From Macrostomum hystrix (taxonomy: Eukaryota; Animalia; Platyhelminthes): 64,000 nucleotides of DNA. Of the stretch, positions 11,731 through 22,884 are shown piece after piece. Location: the NCBI GenBank assembly GCA_950097015.1, contig CATNEN010000011.1:6076001-6140000 (forward strand), given 5' to 3'. Made by a program: the position numbers and the translations under genes. Under the pieces are notes generated by a model, which saw only the letters and a program-made list of their open reading frames with translations, searched no databases and had not been told where the DNA came from. The number at the start of each line of letters is the position of its first letter. Position 1 is the stretch's first letter.

Positions 11731-12669
11731 TATTTTTTGCTAATACCTTATTCGGATCATTGTCATAAATAATTACGAGTACATAATCAGTCTTACTTGT
11801 TTCTGTTTCGTTTCTTTTAAGGCACTGTAGAGTTATACCGCTATACTTTCTGGAATTTTAGAACTGATTCTGGTTCTGGAATTCTGGGTAGAATGAATGA
11901 CTGATTCTGATTTCTGGGTAGAATGAAAAGCCTATTTTACGGGTTGGAGAGCTGGGTAAGACAGCTTTAATTTAATTTTTCAATTAACTGCCGTCAAAAA
12001 TAAAGCCAATATAATCTAGCAACCAAGTTATATAAATATAAGTAATTTAAAATTAAAATAAATATGATTTGATTTTGTTTTTGTCTTATAACTAGTATAA
12101 ATATGTCTTTCTATGCATGTATAACTCAACCTGTGTGGCGTGTTGATAGAGAGTGCGCTCTGTTTGAGTGATACGAGGGGGGTTCGAATTTTTTCCGTAT
12201 CATTTTTACTAATGAATTTTTTTGATCCGATATTTTATTGTGATGCCAAATATTTACTAATTATTTCGTTTTATAGCCATTTTATACAGTGGATGTGTTG
12301 TAATTTTAGTTCTGGCTTCTGATAAGCCATTAAGCCCTCGCTGTTAAGGTGGAAGTATCATTTGTTTGAGACGGGGTGATCACTTCTTGGTTCTTACTTA
12401 GCACGATAGAAAAGCGTCATATATCTATTACACGTAAAATCCACTTAATCAGTAAGTCCCATCTAAACTCATTCAGCTTTAGTTATATTGTATTAATTAG
12501 TATGAACTGTGGTTTGCTTGCCTATATGTTTGGAAATAAATGATTATCAGTGCAAAGGAAAAATATTTAGATAGCCAGTTACATACTTCATATTTCATAC
12601 TTTCTACTTGCAGTAGACGAGTAGCATGATCCATGTAAAATTTATCGGAAGTCTACCCCCTACCCCCTA

Positions 12670-12741
12670 CCCCCCGTGGGTCCACATGGATTCACCCGGC
12701 TAGCCGAGTATTTTTTGACTAGTGGAAGTGTCGGCTAGCCG
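12670..12741. mobile_element. Helitron-like 3' terminus or termini around a shared ACTAGT
   Basis: Palindrome cggctagccg at 12697-12706 and 12732-12741, 12 and 9 nt either side of CTAG (12719-12722). Confidence 0.4.
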
Positions 12742-12897
12742 GCGGCCGCGAGCTGAAATTTTATTACAGCCACCCCCTCCCTTCCCCGGGCGCCGAAGCC
12801 CCAGACTGTACATTGTATTTCAAGCCGTGAATGTACACAGCCCAAACCCCTAGACTGTCTACTGGCCCCCAAGCAGCACTGAGACTGAGTGCGGTGA

Positions 12898-13593
12898 GTG
12901 CGGTGGCGTCCCAGTGCGCAGGGCTCTCCGGTTGATATTTCTCTCCAGCCAGCCTATTTCTCTCGATATGCTGACGTTGACTGGCTGTCAGAGAGGGCAA
13001 TTCTGTGTCCTAGAAATGATGCCGCCAACGAAATTAACTACCAACTGCTTCAGGAGTTGCCAGGTGCAGTTTTCACCTACAAGTCAATTGATACAACGTT
13101 GACTGATGACACCGCTGTGGAGTATCCTGTTGAGTTTCTGAACTCTCTAGATCCTCCTGGAACTCCATCGCACAACTTGCAGCTGAAAGTTGGGGCACCA
13201 ATTATGCTCCTCCGCAACCTGAATGCGCCAATGCTGTGTAACGGCACCAGACTGATAGTCAGGCGGCTCTTCCCACACGTGATTGAGGCCACGATAATGA
13301 CTGGATCTGGCAGAGGAGAGTCTGTGTTCGTTCCCCGGATTCCAATTATCCCCACGGACCTGCCATTTCAGTTCAAGCGACTGCAGTTCCCTGTGAGAGT
13401 GTGCTTTGCGATGACTATTAACAAGGCTCAGGGACAGTCGCTGAAGGTGGCTGGCATCAACCTGGAGACTCCTTGCTTCTCGCATGGGCAGCTTTATGTC
13501 GCCTGCTCCCGTGTTGGAACTCCAGCTGGCCTATTCATTTTCGCACCAAGGGGAAGAACGAAGAATGTGGTGTATCCCCAGGCCTTGAGGTGA
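12898..13593 (+). mobile_element. Helitron RepHel PIF1-family helicase, C-terminal fragment
   Basis: Uninterrupted WLSERAILCPRN...LKVGAPIMLLRNL...CNGTRL...RLQFPVRVCFAMTINKAQGQSL...FSHGQLYVACSRV...TKNVVYPQAL*, the classic Helitron helicase C-terminus. No Rep domain or Walker A upstream. Confidence 0.93.
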
Positions 13594-13745
13594 CTCGCAA
13601 GCAATTAATAGAAAAGTAGTCACGAATTGACCTTGACCTGTCTAACTCTGAACTCTGAAACAGTTTAATTTTGTTTCTTTGACATTGTTATTGTTATGCC
13701 ATGGCTATTTTCCTTATGTATACGCGTGTACATGCATACTGTATA

Positions 13746-14022
13746 CAGAGGCAGATTTAGAGGGGGGCGGGGGGGCAGTCGCCCCCCTAAATTTTAATCA
13801 TGGGAATAAGATGCCCCCACCAGGGGCGCCAGTCGCAGCACTGGCGCCCCTTTTCGGCCGCTGGCGCCCCTTTTTCAGCCGCTGCATGGCTCCCGTTTTT
13901 CAGCCGCTGGCGCCCTTTCTTGGCTCCTGGCGCCCTTTTTCGGCCGCTGGCACCCCCTCTGTGATTCTCATGGCGCTCCCCTGACAGACCGCCCCAAAAC
14001 AAAATTCCTGGATCTGCCACTG
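13746..14022. mobile_element. 277-bp hAT-type MITE
   Basis: TIR CAG(A/T)GGCAGAT; 8-bp TSD actgtata at 13738-13745 and 14023-14030; internal repeats of ttttcggccgctggcgcccc. Confidence 0.92.
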
Positions 14023-14359
14023 ACTGTATAGAGGAGTGGCTAAGAGACATGTTTCTAAAGAAGTAATCAAGAGGGGGCTGTTTGGACAAACTTTTCACTT
14101 ATTTTTTACTTAAAACGCCCTTAAACAAACTCTTTACTTTTCATTAATGCAGTAAATAAATAAATGGTGACCTTCACTATAAAGTTAATACAGAGACGTG
14201 AATTGCTTACTGCTTTGCTTTAAATTTCTGCCCCAAAAACAACGGGCAAAAAAAGCTAGTAATATTATAAAAATGATATTTCGAGAACTAAAACCCTTTA
14301 CGTTGCGGTGATCCAGAATATCAGCAAAATACAGCGAAACAGTGTACTTGTTGCATTTG

Positions 14360-14446
14360 ATTTTTCTTATGAACGTATGATTTATTATCGCTCCACGTCC
14401 AATCGACAAAGGACTATGCTTCAAGTTTAGACGGATGATCGGACAG
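14360..14446 (-). CDS. Possible second CLIC exon
   Basis: Strong acceptor tttctctttctcatatccag is phase-compatible with the 14562 donor and gives SCPIIRLN (cf. HPPILIDN); donor not resolved. Confidence 0.3.
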
Positions 14447-14561
14447 CTGGATATGAGAAAGAGAAACTAATGAGTTTGATTTAATTTGTAGCTTATATTT
14501 CATATAACTATGCCTTCTAGCCGCGAGTGATTAGCTGCTATAATACTAACTGCTAATTTAC

Positions 14562-14731
14562 CTGTTGCTCATGAAATCTGTCCCTGGAGCTATACGGTTA
14601 TATGTCAGGACACTTGCTTGATGATCCAACTTCCAGATTAATAGTTTTCGATCAACATGCAATTGGCTCCAATTAGCACTTGTGCCTTTTGTGTCTAGAC
14701 CTCGCGGGCTATCAACAAAACAGTCCAATAC
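14562..14731 (-). CDS. Clic: Candidate CLIC N-terminal exon
   Basis: Open frame VLDCFVDSPRGLDTKGTSANWSQLHVDRKLLIWKL...VLTYNRIAPGTDFMSN aligns by eye to the invertebrate CLIC N-terminus (IELIIK...KGACLFCQ...PPPDFRTN); tttttaccatagacag acceptor and AG|GTAAAT donor. Confidence 0.5.
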
Positions 14732-15355
14732 CTGTCTATGGTAAAAATGTGCAGAAAATATGAGGGCCTAATTGGAATGATGCGCCACAAAAAGCTGCTG
14801 TGCCTCCTCTTGCATGTGCTGCGCAGCCATCGGATTCATGCCGTTTCTGCTTTCATATCTATTATATATATATATACGAGCGTATCTATATATTGCTGGA
14901 TATCGCTCATTTGCAAAAAGCAAAAACAACAGACTTCTATGGCCCAACTTGTTCGGGGAAAGCAATCAATAAGTTGCGATTAAAGGCTAAAGCCATTGGG
15001 TAAAAGCATTACTTGTTGTTCTGTGGAGGGAGGCTTGTACTCGATGCAGCAGACAAGCGTTCGCGAATCAAATGCGTGAATCAAAGGCCATAGACTATGA
15101 CCCCAACCCCAATCACAAACATCATCAGGTCCCACACACAATATCTAGCGAGAGCTGAGGGCTCTTGTGTCCTTCTTCAGTCGGAAATTTTCCTAACCCC
15201 CCAAAACCCTTGACTTCTTTCACACCAGCTCAGCTTTGAACTTTAAATCACTGTAGGATAAACAATTTAATTTGCACGCTAGCTTACTGTTTAGCAAAAT
15301 CAAAACACGCCGGGCGAAGCGGAAACGCTGCTTAAGAAAAAAAGCTGCAGGATAA

Positions 15356-16269
15356 ATGTCGTCTTTAATCCAGCAGAAGGAACAAGAAGTCGAAGAGAAA
15401 GCCGACTGTAGTTCTACTACAGATGTCAGCGCCGAACCATTCACTTCGTTATCGGCGTCCAGTCGTGAGCAGATGCTAGAACATGGCACGCGGTTTGTGC
15501 AGTTTGTTCGCAGCAAGAATGACAACGTCAATCTGCGCACTATAGACGAGCGCGCCATTAACGAGTACCTGCGCTTCTTCTATTACACCCTGCAGACCAA
15601 GCAGGGGCAGCAGTACTCGAGATCTTCTCTAATATGCATCCGTTCGGGCATTCAACGCTACTTCGACCTGGTGCTGCGCCGACGCCTTATCCTGCCCGGC
15701 AATCCAACATTCATGACTTCGAACCGGATGCTGACTCAGCGAGCTCGGGACAGCGCTAGCAATAACAATGGGGATACAGTGCGGCACTACTCTGCAATGT
15801 CATCCACAGACCGACAGCTGCTAAACCAGTACTTCGATGGCGACAGTCCTGGAGGCCATTCATTTGAGGAACGCCTGCAGGATTGGGTGATTTTCACAAT
15901 ATTCTACCACTTTGGCTGCCTGTCACAGCAGCATAAGCAGGAGCAGCTGTTGATTCAGCGGGACGCCGTTTTCTTCTTAAACGACCAGGACGGTCTAGAA
16001 TATGTCACTCTGCAGATGCAGCAGAGCGAAGATGGTGACAGTGCAACTGGAACATCGAGTACAGTGCGCATGTACTTTGGGCTCGATCGGCTAAAGACGT
16101 ACATCAGCTTGCTGCCTCCAGTGACTTTGTACAACTGTCTGTTTCCGAAGCCACTCAATGGAGCCTATTCATCGCGTGTGAATCGCGGCTTCAACTATTT
16201 GCAGAGTTTTATGCGCAACGTCAGCAGAAAGGCCTGTCTAAGCCAGTTCTACTCAAACCAAAGCATTCG
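15356..16269 (+). CDS. DUF3504 (Crypton-type tyrosine-recombinase-like) gene, exon 1
   Basis: YLRFFY...KQGQQYSRSSLICIRSGIQRY and ...YSNQSIR follow the Crypton/ZMYM/KCTD1/QRICH1-type pattern; CG|GTGAGT donor, phase 2. Confidence 0.85.
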
Positions 16270-16642
16270 GTGAGTTGGTTTAGTAATTTTCAGTTTTTTT
16301 TATAATTTGCTTCTCTACAATTATCCGTCCATTGTATTAAATTAGTTGTACTGGCCTACGCAGTAAGCTCTACTATTAGTAATCAAATCGTATCACTTGT
16401 AGTTTTCTAATAATTTAACTTCCTAAGAGTTATCTGCGTCGCAATTTAGAAAAGCCAGATAAAAAATAATAAGGAATTTAGTCTTAGGTTTATCTTAGGT
16501 AATTTAATCTTAGGTAAAAGAGAAGCTTTGTAATTGCTAAAATGCTCAATAGATTAGCTTGTCTGGCTTGTTCAATAAGAACGAAGGAATTTGTGAGGAA
16601 GATGTACAGTGTTGTATGTACAATCATGGGTGCTCGGGTCCG

Positions 16643-16934
16643 ATTGGAGGTGTTAAAAGGCCCCTCGGGGAAAGGGTGTGAACTGAGTGCCCGACTGTCT
16701 GACGCAGGAACCATCGCTTATTTATCTGAGATTATTTATTGCCTAATTTTAACACAAACTCGTTTAATTAGTCCAAGTAGTTAATTATTTAGGACTGTTA
16801 TTTTGGCCATTTTTAGTTTGTGTTAAAATTAGGCAATAAATAATCTCAGATAAATAAGCGATCTGGTTCCTGCGTCAGACAGTCGGGCACTCAGTTCACA
16901 CCCTTTCCCCGAGGGGCCTTTTAACACCTCCAAT
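16643..16934. repeat. Foldback inverted repeat, arms of about 118-120 bp
   Basis: 16643-16760 is the reverse complement of 16815-16934 apart from a 2-nt indel; 54-nt spacer. Confidence 0.95.
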
Positions 16935-17262
16935 ATATTGTAAAAGCACGCATTTCTGATACAGGGGATAAAACTTATATCGACGTCCAAGCGAAGTCGA
17001 TTTAAACTTAAAGGCGGACTGGTTCTAGAGGGAAGAAATCTCAATCCGTTTGAAACTTTAAAACGCTTTGGACCTCAAGTTGCTACGCTACTTAAAGTAG
17101 GGAGTAGGGATAAATCATCATCGAATACTTACTATGAGCTGTTTCAGTTGTTTGACTCGCTTTGGTAATGTAATAGGAAAGTAATTTGCGTTTAGTTGTG
17201 GTCCGTTGGTTAGACTGCTTTTAGTACACAGCTTTTGGAAGCGGCGCGCACTACTAGCTGCG

Positions 17263-17396
17263 GCTGTAAACTGGCTGTACACTGGCTGTACACTGGCTGT
17301 ACACTGGCTGTACACTGGCTGTACACTGGCTGTACACTGGCTGTACACTGGCTTTACACTGGCTGTACACTGGCTTTACACTGGCTGTACACTGGC
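17263..17396. repeat. 11-bp minisatellite (ctgtacactgg)n
   Basis: About 12 copies, read directly. Confidence 0.95.
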
Positions 17397-17495
17397 CCAA
17401 ATAGGCAAAGTTTCATTTACTTCTTTTCTTTTTTAATTTCTTCTGTACACATGCACCATTGTGCTCACGGCTTCCTCTCCTCCTGTGTCCGCAAG

Positions 17496-17790
17496 GCTGA
17501 CCCGCATCCAGGACCTCGACAGCTGCGGCTTCAGCGCCAGCGAGATTCGCAGCATCACCGGCCACAGGTGTGAGAAGAGCGTCAAGCGCTGCCTGAAGCG
17601 CTCAGCTGCCGGACTCAAACTTCAATCGGCTGGCCCCGGCGCTCCCACGGCCGATGCCGCTGTCGAGAACGACACGGTCGCTGCTGAAGGTCTCGACGAT
17701 GCCGACCTTGAAGACTACAACCAACGCGTACAGGCATCGTTTGTTGTCATGGACTACGAGGGCAGCTCTGAGTGTAAGGATGACCAGTAA
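17496..17790 (+). CDS. DUF3504 gene, exon 2
   Basis: Acceptor ctcctgtgtccgcaag completes CGG and gives LTRIQDLDSCGFSASEIRSITGHRCEKSVKRC (YR box II-like); TAA at 17790. Spliced product 402 aa. Confidence 0.82.
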
Positions 17791-18199
17791 CTCCAGCTTT
17801 AGTCCATTCGGCTCATCTTTTGAAGTTTCCGACATGAGCAATCTATGGAGAATAGAGTTCGTTTATTAACTAAAAATAATACAGGTGTTGGATTTTACCC
17901 ACCTTTTTTATGTACTCTAAATGTACTCTTATAATAAGACTTAGCTTTGTTTATAATACCTTTGGTTGCTTTTCTAGTTGCTTTTCTTGTTGAAGCCAGT
18001 CTTTACTCATCGCCTGAACGTTAAAAACTAATAATAAAAAACTCAGTGACTGTTCGTCAGGTTCTCAGAAAAAAACTAAGTTGACTATATAAAAAATGAA
18101 ATTTACTGGTGTATTTATGATAATTGCGAAACAATAGAGAATAATACATTGAATAGAGAGAAGAGATATCAGAGTTTAATAGTTAGCTAGAGTGTGAGT

Positions 18200-18890
18200 G
18201 AGAGAGTAGAGAAAGTGGAGGAGGAGAGAACAGTGGATATAAGAGACAGGACAGTCGAGAGGGGAGAGGAAAAGAGAGAGGTGACAGAGGGGATAGAAAG
18301 TGGTACAGAGAGGACAGTGGAGAGGAAAGAGAGGACAGTCGAGAGTGGAGAGAGGACAGTCGAGAGTGGAGAGAGGACAGTCGAGAGTGGAGAGAGGACA
18401 GTGGAGAGATGAGAGAGGACAGTGGAGAGATGAGAGTGGACAGTGGAGAGGGGAGAGAGGACAGTGGAGAGGGGAGAGAGGACAGTGGAGAGGGGAGAGA
18501 GGACAGTGGAGAGGGGAGAGAGGGCAGTGGAGAGGGGAGAGAGGACAGTGGAGAGGGGAGAGTGGACAGTGGAGAGGGCCGTGAGTGGACAGTGGAGAGG
18601 GGTGAGTGGACAGTGGAGAGGGGAGAGAGGACAGTGGAGAGGGCCGTGAGTGGACAGTGGAGAGGGGTGAGTGGACAGTGGAGAGGGGAGAGAGGACAGT
18701 GGAGTGGGTAGAGAGGACAGGGCAGAGGAGAGGAGTGTGGAGGAGAGAAGAGTGGGCGTGGAGATGGGACAGTATAGGGGAAAGAAGAAAAAGAACAGTG
18801 GAGAGAGGAGATGGGAGAGGACAGTGGAAAGGGGACAGGGCAGTGGAGAGGGCAGAGAGGACAGTGAATGGGAGAGGGAGAGTGACGGGC
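18200..18890. repeat. GA-rich degenerate minisatellite (14-16-bp units, gagaggacagtgga)
   Basis: Direct reading; explains the clustered LSPLHCP/TVERGER ORFs. Confidence 0.93.
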
Positions 18891-19627
18891 TCAATAGTTG
18901 AGTGGAACATTGTCAATGGGAATTTGGGAACTGTGGGGAAGAAGCTTGATGAAGAAATATACTTTAGAAAGATACTGGAAAGGAGGACACAGGAAAATGG
19001 GGATTTTTCAAAGAACCGATCAGTCCATTGGCTTAACTGCATCAGCAGCAGCACAAGATGGGAGCCTATTCTTTTATCACTGGGGACTTAACACCGATCA
19101 GTCCATTGGCTTAACTGCATCAGCAGCAGCACAAGATAGGAGCCTATTCTTTTATCACTGGGGACTTAACAAAAATGGCCAAATTCTTCACAATGCGAGG
19201 TGTAACGGGTTTATGTCCAAAGTCAAACTGTATCACCCGAGTGCATTGGAACAGGGAGCTTGCAATTGGCACAGCTATAAGTGTACACATTCTGCATGTA
19301 TGCAACTGCAGTGTACGTTCGCTACTTCATGTGTTCCGAATTCTGTGTGTGTTTGGGGCCAGCTGCCGTTGCCCGAAAGGATAAACACTGCTGGTATGGC
19401 GCACTGCTATGCTATATAGGCCCTACAAATAGAGAGAGAGAGACAGAGATTCACGAATTTATTTAATTGCATTATAGCTACACTTGAATCTTAAAATGAG
19501 CCTCGCTGTTTTAGTAGCATAGCTAGAATTAACAAATCATTACAATTAAGGTAAGCATTATATTGTATTCGACTGTATATTCAGCCTTTTAGTCTCCTCA
19601 ATTGCACTCTTGACTACTCTTGTATTC

Positions 19628-19760
19628 TGTAGCCTAGCTGTTCGAGCGTTGGACTCACGACTTGAAGGTCGGGGGTTCGATTCTCGACTCGACCAGAAAA
19701 CTTTGCGACCTTTAGCAAGACACTTCACTCTGCATTGCTTCAGTTCACCAAGCTGTTTTT
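19628..19760 (+). mobile_element. tRNA-derived CORE-like SINE family B, partial
   Basis: tRNA-like head with GGTTCGATT B-box, followed by agcaagacactt...cttcagttcacc. Confidence 0.8.
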
Positions 19761-20206
19761 AAGGCAGGTATATTTAATAATTATTACTTTTTTTACTTTT
19801 ATATATTTTGAGTTTTTGGCCCTCAGTTGCAAAGCATCATCATAAATAATTTCGAACTTCGATCAGGCTGTCAGCTAAAAAACTAAAATAGGACAGTGTT
19901 TCAGGAAATCTTAGAGCTTGCTTTCCAAATATACAAACACTGCTCAGCCCCAACCGTTTGAGTCCTATGCGTTGAGCACGTCTGCATGGAGAACAATGGC
20001 AGCGGTGTTTCTGAGCCCGACTCTAACTATTCTTGTAGCAACAGAATTCATCTTCATTTAACTTTGCTCAAGACAAATGACTTGGGGTTGGGTGCATGGG
20101 GGTGCACTCAATAAAGCCTATTTAAGTTTGCGCAGAAAATAAACACGACTAAGAGACCACCACCTATAAAAAACTGGATTTTTAGTTGCCGAGTTCGTTC
20201 TGAACA

Positions 20207-20366
20207 ATGCCGTTTCATTTCTCGGCCAGCTGGTTCAACCTGCTGATTGTCGTCAGTCTGCAGCCACAGTGGAACGCAGCTCTGGGCTGCCCCTCCGAGT
20301 GCGTCTGCACAGCTTCCATCCAGGCTGTCGCGTGCAACGGTGTCACCAACGACTTCAACGAATACG
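20207..20366 (+). CDS. LRR-Ig protein exon 1 (signal peptide plus LRRNT)
   Basis: MPFHFSASWFNLLIVVSL...CPSECVC...VAC; G|GTGAGC donor. Confidence 0.85.
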
Positions 20367-20415
20367 GTGAGCACCAACGCCGCAGTACGAGTATCATGCC
20401 CCTCACTCAATACAA

Positions 20416-21205
20416 ATGTGCAGTTTAGGGAATGTGCAGTTTAGGGAATGTGCAGTTTAGGAAATATGTTGTATAGGGAATGTGCAGTTTAAGAAATAAG
20501 TAGTGTAGGGAATGTGCAGTTTAGGGAATGTGCACTTTAGGGAATGTGCAGTTTAGGGAATGTGCAGTTTAGGGAATGTGCAGTTTAGGGAATGTGCTGT
20601 TTAGGGAATGTGCAGTTTAGGAAATGTGCAGTTTAGGAAATATGTAGTATAGGGAATGTGCAGTTTAGGGAATGTGCTGTTTAGGGAATGTGCAGTTTAG
20701 GAAATGTGCAGTTTAGGAAATATGTAGTATAGGGAATGTGCAGTTTTGGGAATGTGCAGTTTAGGGAATGTGCAGTTTAGGGAATGTGCAGTTTAGGAAA
20801 TATGTTGTATAGGGAATGTGCAGTTTAAGAAATAAGTAGTGTAGGGAATGTGCAGTTTAGGAAATATGTAGTATAGGGAATGTGCAGTTTAGGAAATATG
20901 TTGTATAGGGAATGTGCAGTTTAAGAAATAAGTAGTGTAGGGAATGTGCAGCTTAGGAAATATGTAGTATAGGGAATGTGCAGTTTAGGAAATATGTTGT
21001 ATAGGGAATGTGCAGTTTAAGAAATAAGTAGTGTAGGGAATGTGCAGTTTAGGGAATGTGCACTTTAGGGAATGTGCACTTTAGGGAATGTGCAGTTTAG
21101 GAAATATGTAGTATAGGGAATGTGCAGTTAAGGGAATATGCAGTTTGGGGAATGTGCAGTTTAGGGAATGTTAATTTTAGGGATTGTGCACTTTAGGGAA
21201 TGTCT
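20416..21205. repeat. 16-bp minisatellite gggaatgtgcagttta
   Basis: Direct reading; LRR-Ig intron 1. Confidence 0.96.
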
Positions 21206-21319
21206 AGAAAACGCTTGTAGTCCATGACAACGTACAATCGTAGTTTAGCAGTTTATGGAAAATTCAGCGCCGCATAACTGCGCAAAAATCCTAGTAAAAA
21301 TTGTTCTCAAATCAAAACA

Positions 21320-21937
21320 GTAGTACTCAAATTAAAAGTCGTGCTAAAAATTGTACTCAAACCAAAACAAGTACTCAAACCAAAACAAGTACTCAAATCA
21401 AAATAAGTACTCAAACCAAAACAAGTACTCAAATCAAAATAAGTACTCAAACCAAAACAAGTACTCAAATCAAACCCTGTTCTCAAATCAAACCCTGTAC
21501 TCAAATCAAAATAAGTACTCAAACCAAAACAAGTACTCAAATCAAAACAAGTACTCAAATCAAAACAAGTACTGAAATAAAAAAAAGTACTCAAATCGAA
21601 ATAAGTACTCAAATCAGACCCTGTACTCAAATCAAACCCTGTTCTCAAATCAAACCCTGTTCTCAAATCAAACCCTGTACTCAAATCAAACCCTGTTCTC
21701 AAATCAAACCCTGTACTCAAATCAAAATAAGTACTCAAATCAAACCCTTTACTCAAATAAAAATAAGTACTCAAACCAAAACAAGTACTCAAATCAAAAC
21801 AAGTACTCAAATCAAAACAAAGTACTTAAATCGAAATAAGTACTCAAATCAAACCCTGTACTCAAATCAAACCCTGTTCTCAAATCAAACCCTGTACTCA
21901 AATCAAACCCTGTTCTCAAATCAAACCCTGTACTCAG
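21320..21937. repeat. 18-bp minisatellite tactcaaatcaaa(acaag/ccctg)
   Basis: Direct reading; ends at the exon 2 acceptor AG. Confidence 0.96.
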
Positions 21938-22165
21938 CTGCCAGCTCATTGCCAGCATGGACAGTTCGCCTCGATCTGCTCTGCCAACCGCAACTCAGCA
22001 GCAGCGGCCGGCCTCTGCCATTGGGCCGCACCTTGACCAGCCTGTCTGCCGGAGTTTTTCATCGATTCGCCGAATTGCGCGACATCTCAATCAGATCCTG
22101 TCCGATTGGGGCCCTGCCTGGCGGCCTCTTTGGCTACCTGCCGGCGCTGAAGTCCGTCACTTTGG
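21938..22165 (+). CDS. LRR-Ig exon 2 (LRRs)
   Basis: LTSLSAGVFHRFAELRDISIRSCPIGALPGGLFGYLPALKSVTL; phase 1 at both ends. Confidence 0.85.
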
Positions 22166-22204
22166 GTAAAAAATACCTGTCAGCATTTGCACACTATTCT
22201 GATG

Positions 22205-22610
22205 GAAATACATGGTGTCTCGCTCCACAAATCCATGGTGTCTCAGCCCCCAAATCCATGGTGTCTCGCTCCACAAGTCCATGGTGTCTCGCTCCACAAA
22301 TCCATGGTGTCTCAGCCCCCAAATCCATGGTGTCTCAGCCCCCAAATCCATGGTGTCTCAGCCCCCAAATCCATGGTGTCTCGCTCCACAAGTCCATGGT
22401 GTCTCAGCCCCCAAATCCATGGTGTCTCAGCCCCCAAATCCATGGTGTCTCAACCCCCAAATCCATGGCGTCTCAGCCCCCAAATCCATGGCGTCTCAAC
22501 CCCCAAATCCATGGTGTCTCAGCCCCCAAATCCATGGTGTCTCAACCCCCAAATCCATGGCGTCTCCCCCAAATCCATGGTGTCTCCCTCCCCAAATCCA
22601 TGGTGGCTTC
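22205..22610. repeat. 21-23-bp minisatellite ccccaaatccatggtgtctcag
   Basis: Direct reading; LRR-Ig intron 2. Confidence 0.95.
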
Positions 22611-22660
22611 CTGTTATAGTCTTTATCTTCTCGTCAAGTTTCCATTCCAACTGTCTGCAG

Positions 22661-22884
22661 ACAATCTGCTCATCACCAGCCTGCCGCCGAGTCTGTTCCA
22701 AGGCAGCCCTAACCTCGCCGAGCTTCTGGTCCTTCGCTGTCCAGAGTATCGCCAGCAGTCTAGAGGCCTGTTGTCTGGCTCGCCGCTTTTTCGAGTGCTC
22801 AAGCTGAGAGCAGCTGGTCTGAACGGCATCGAGTTGGCGAACCTGTTGGACTCGGCGTCCTCTGCCAGATTGGAGAGTCTGGAG
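22661..22884 (+). CDS. LRR-Ig exon 3
   Basis: tgcag acceptor; ITSLPPSLFQGSPNLAELLV; GAG|GTGAGT donor. Confidence 0.85.
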
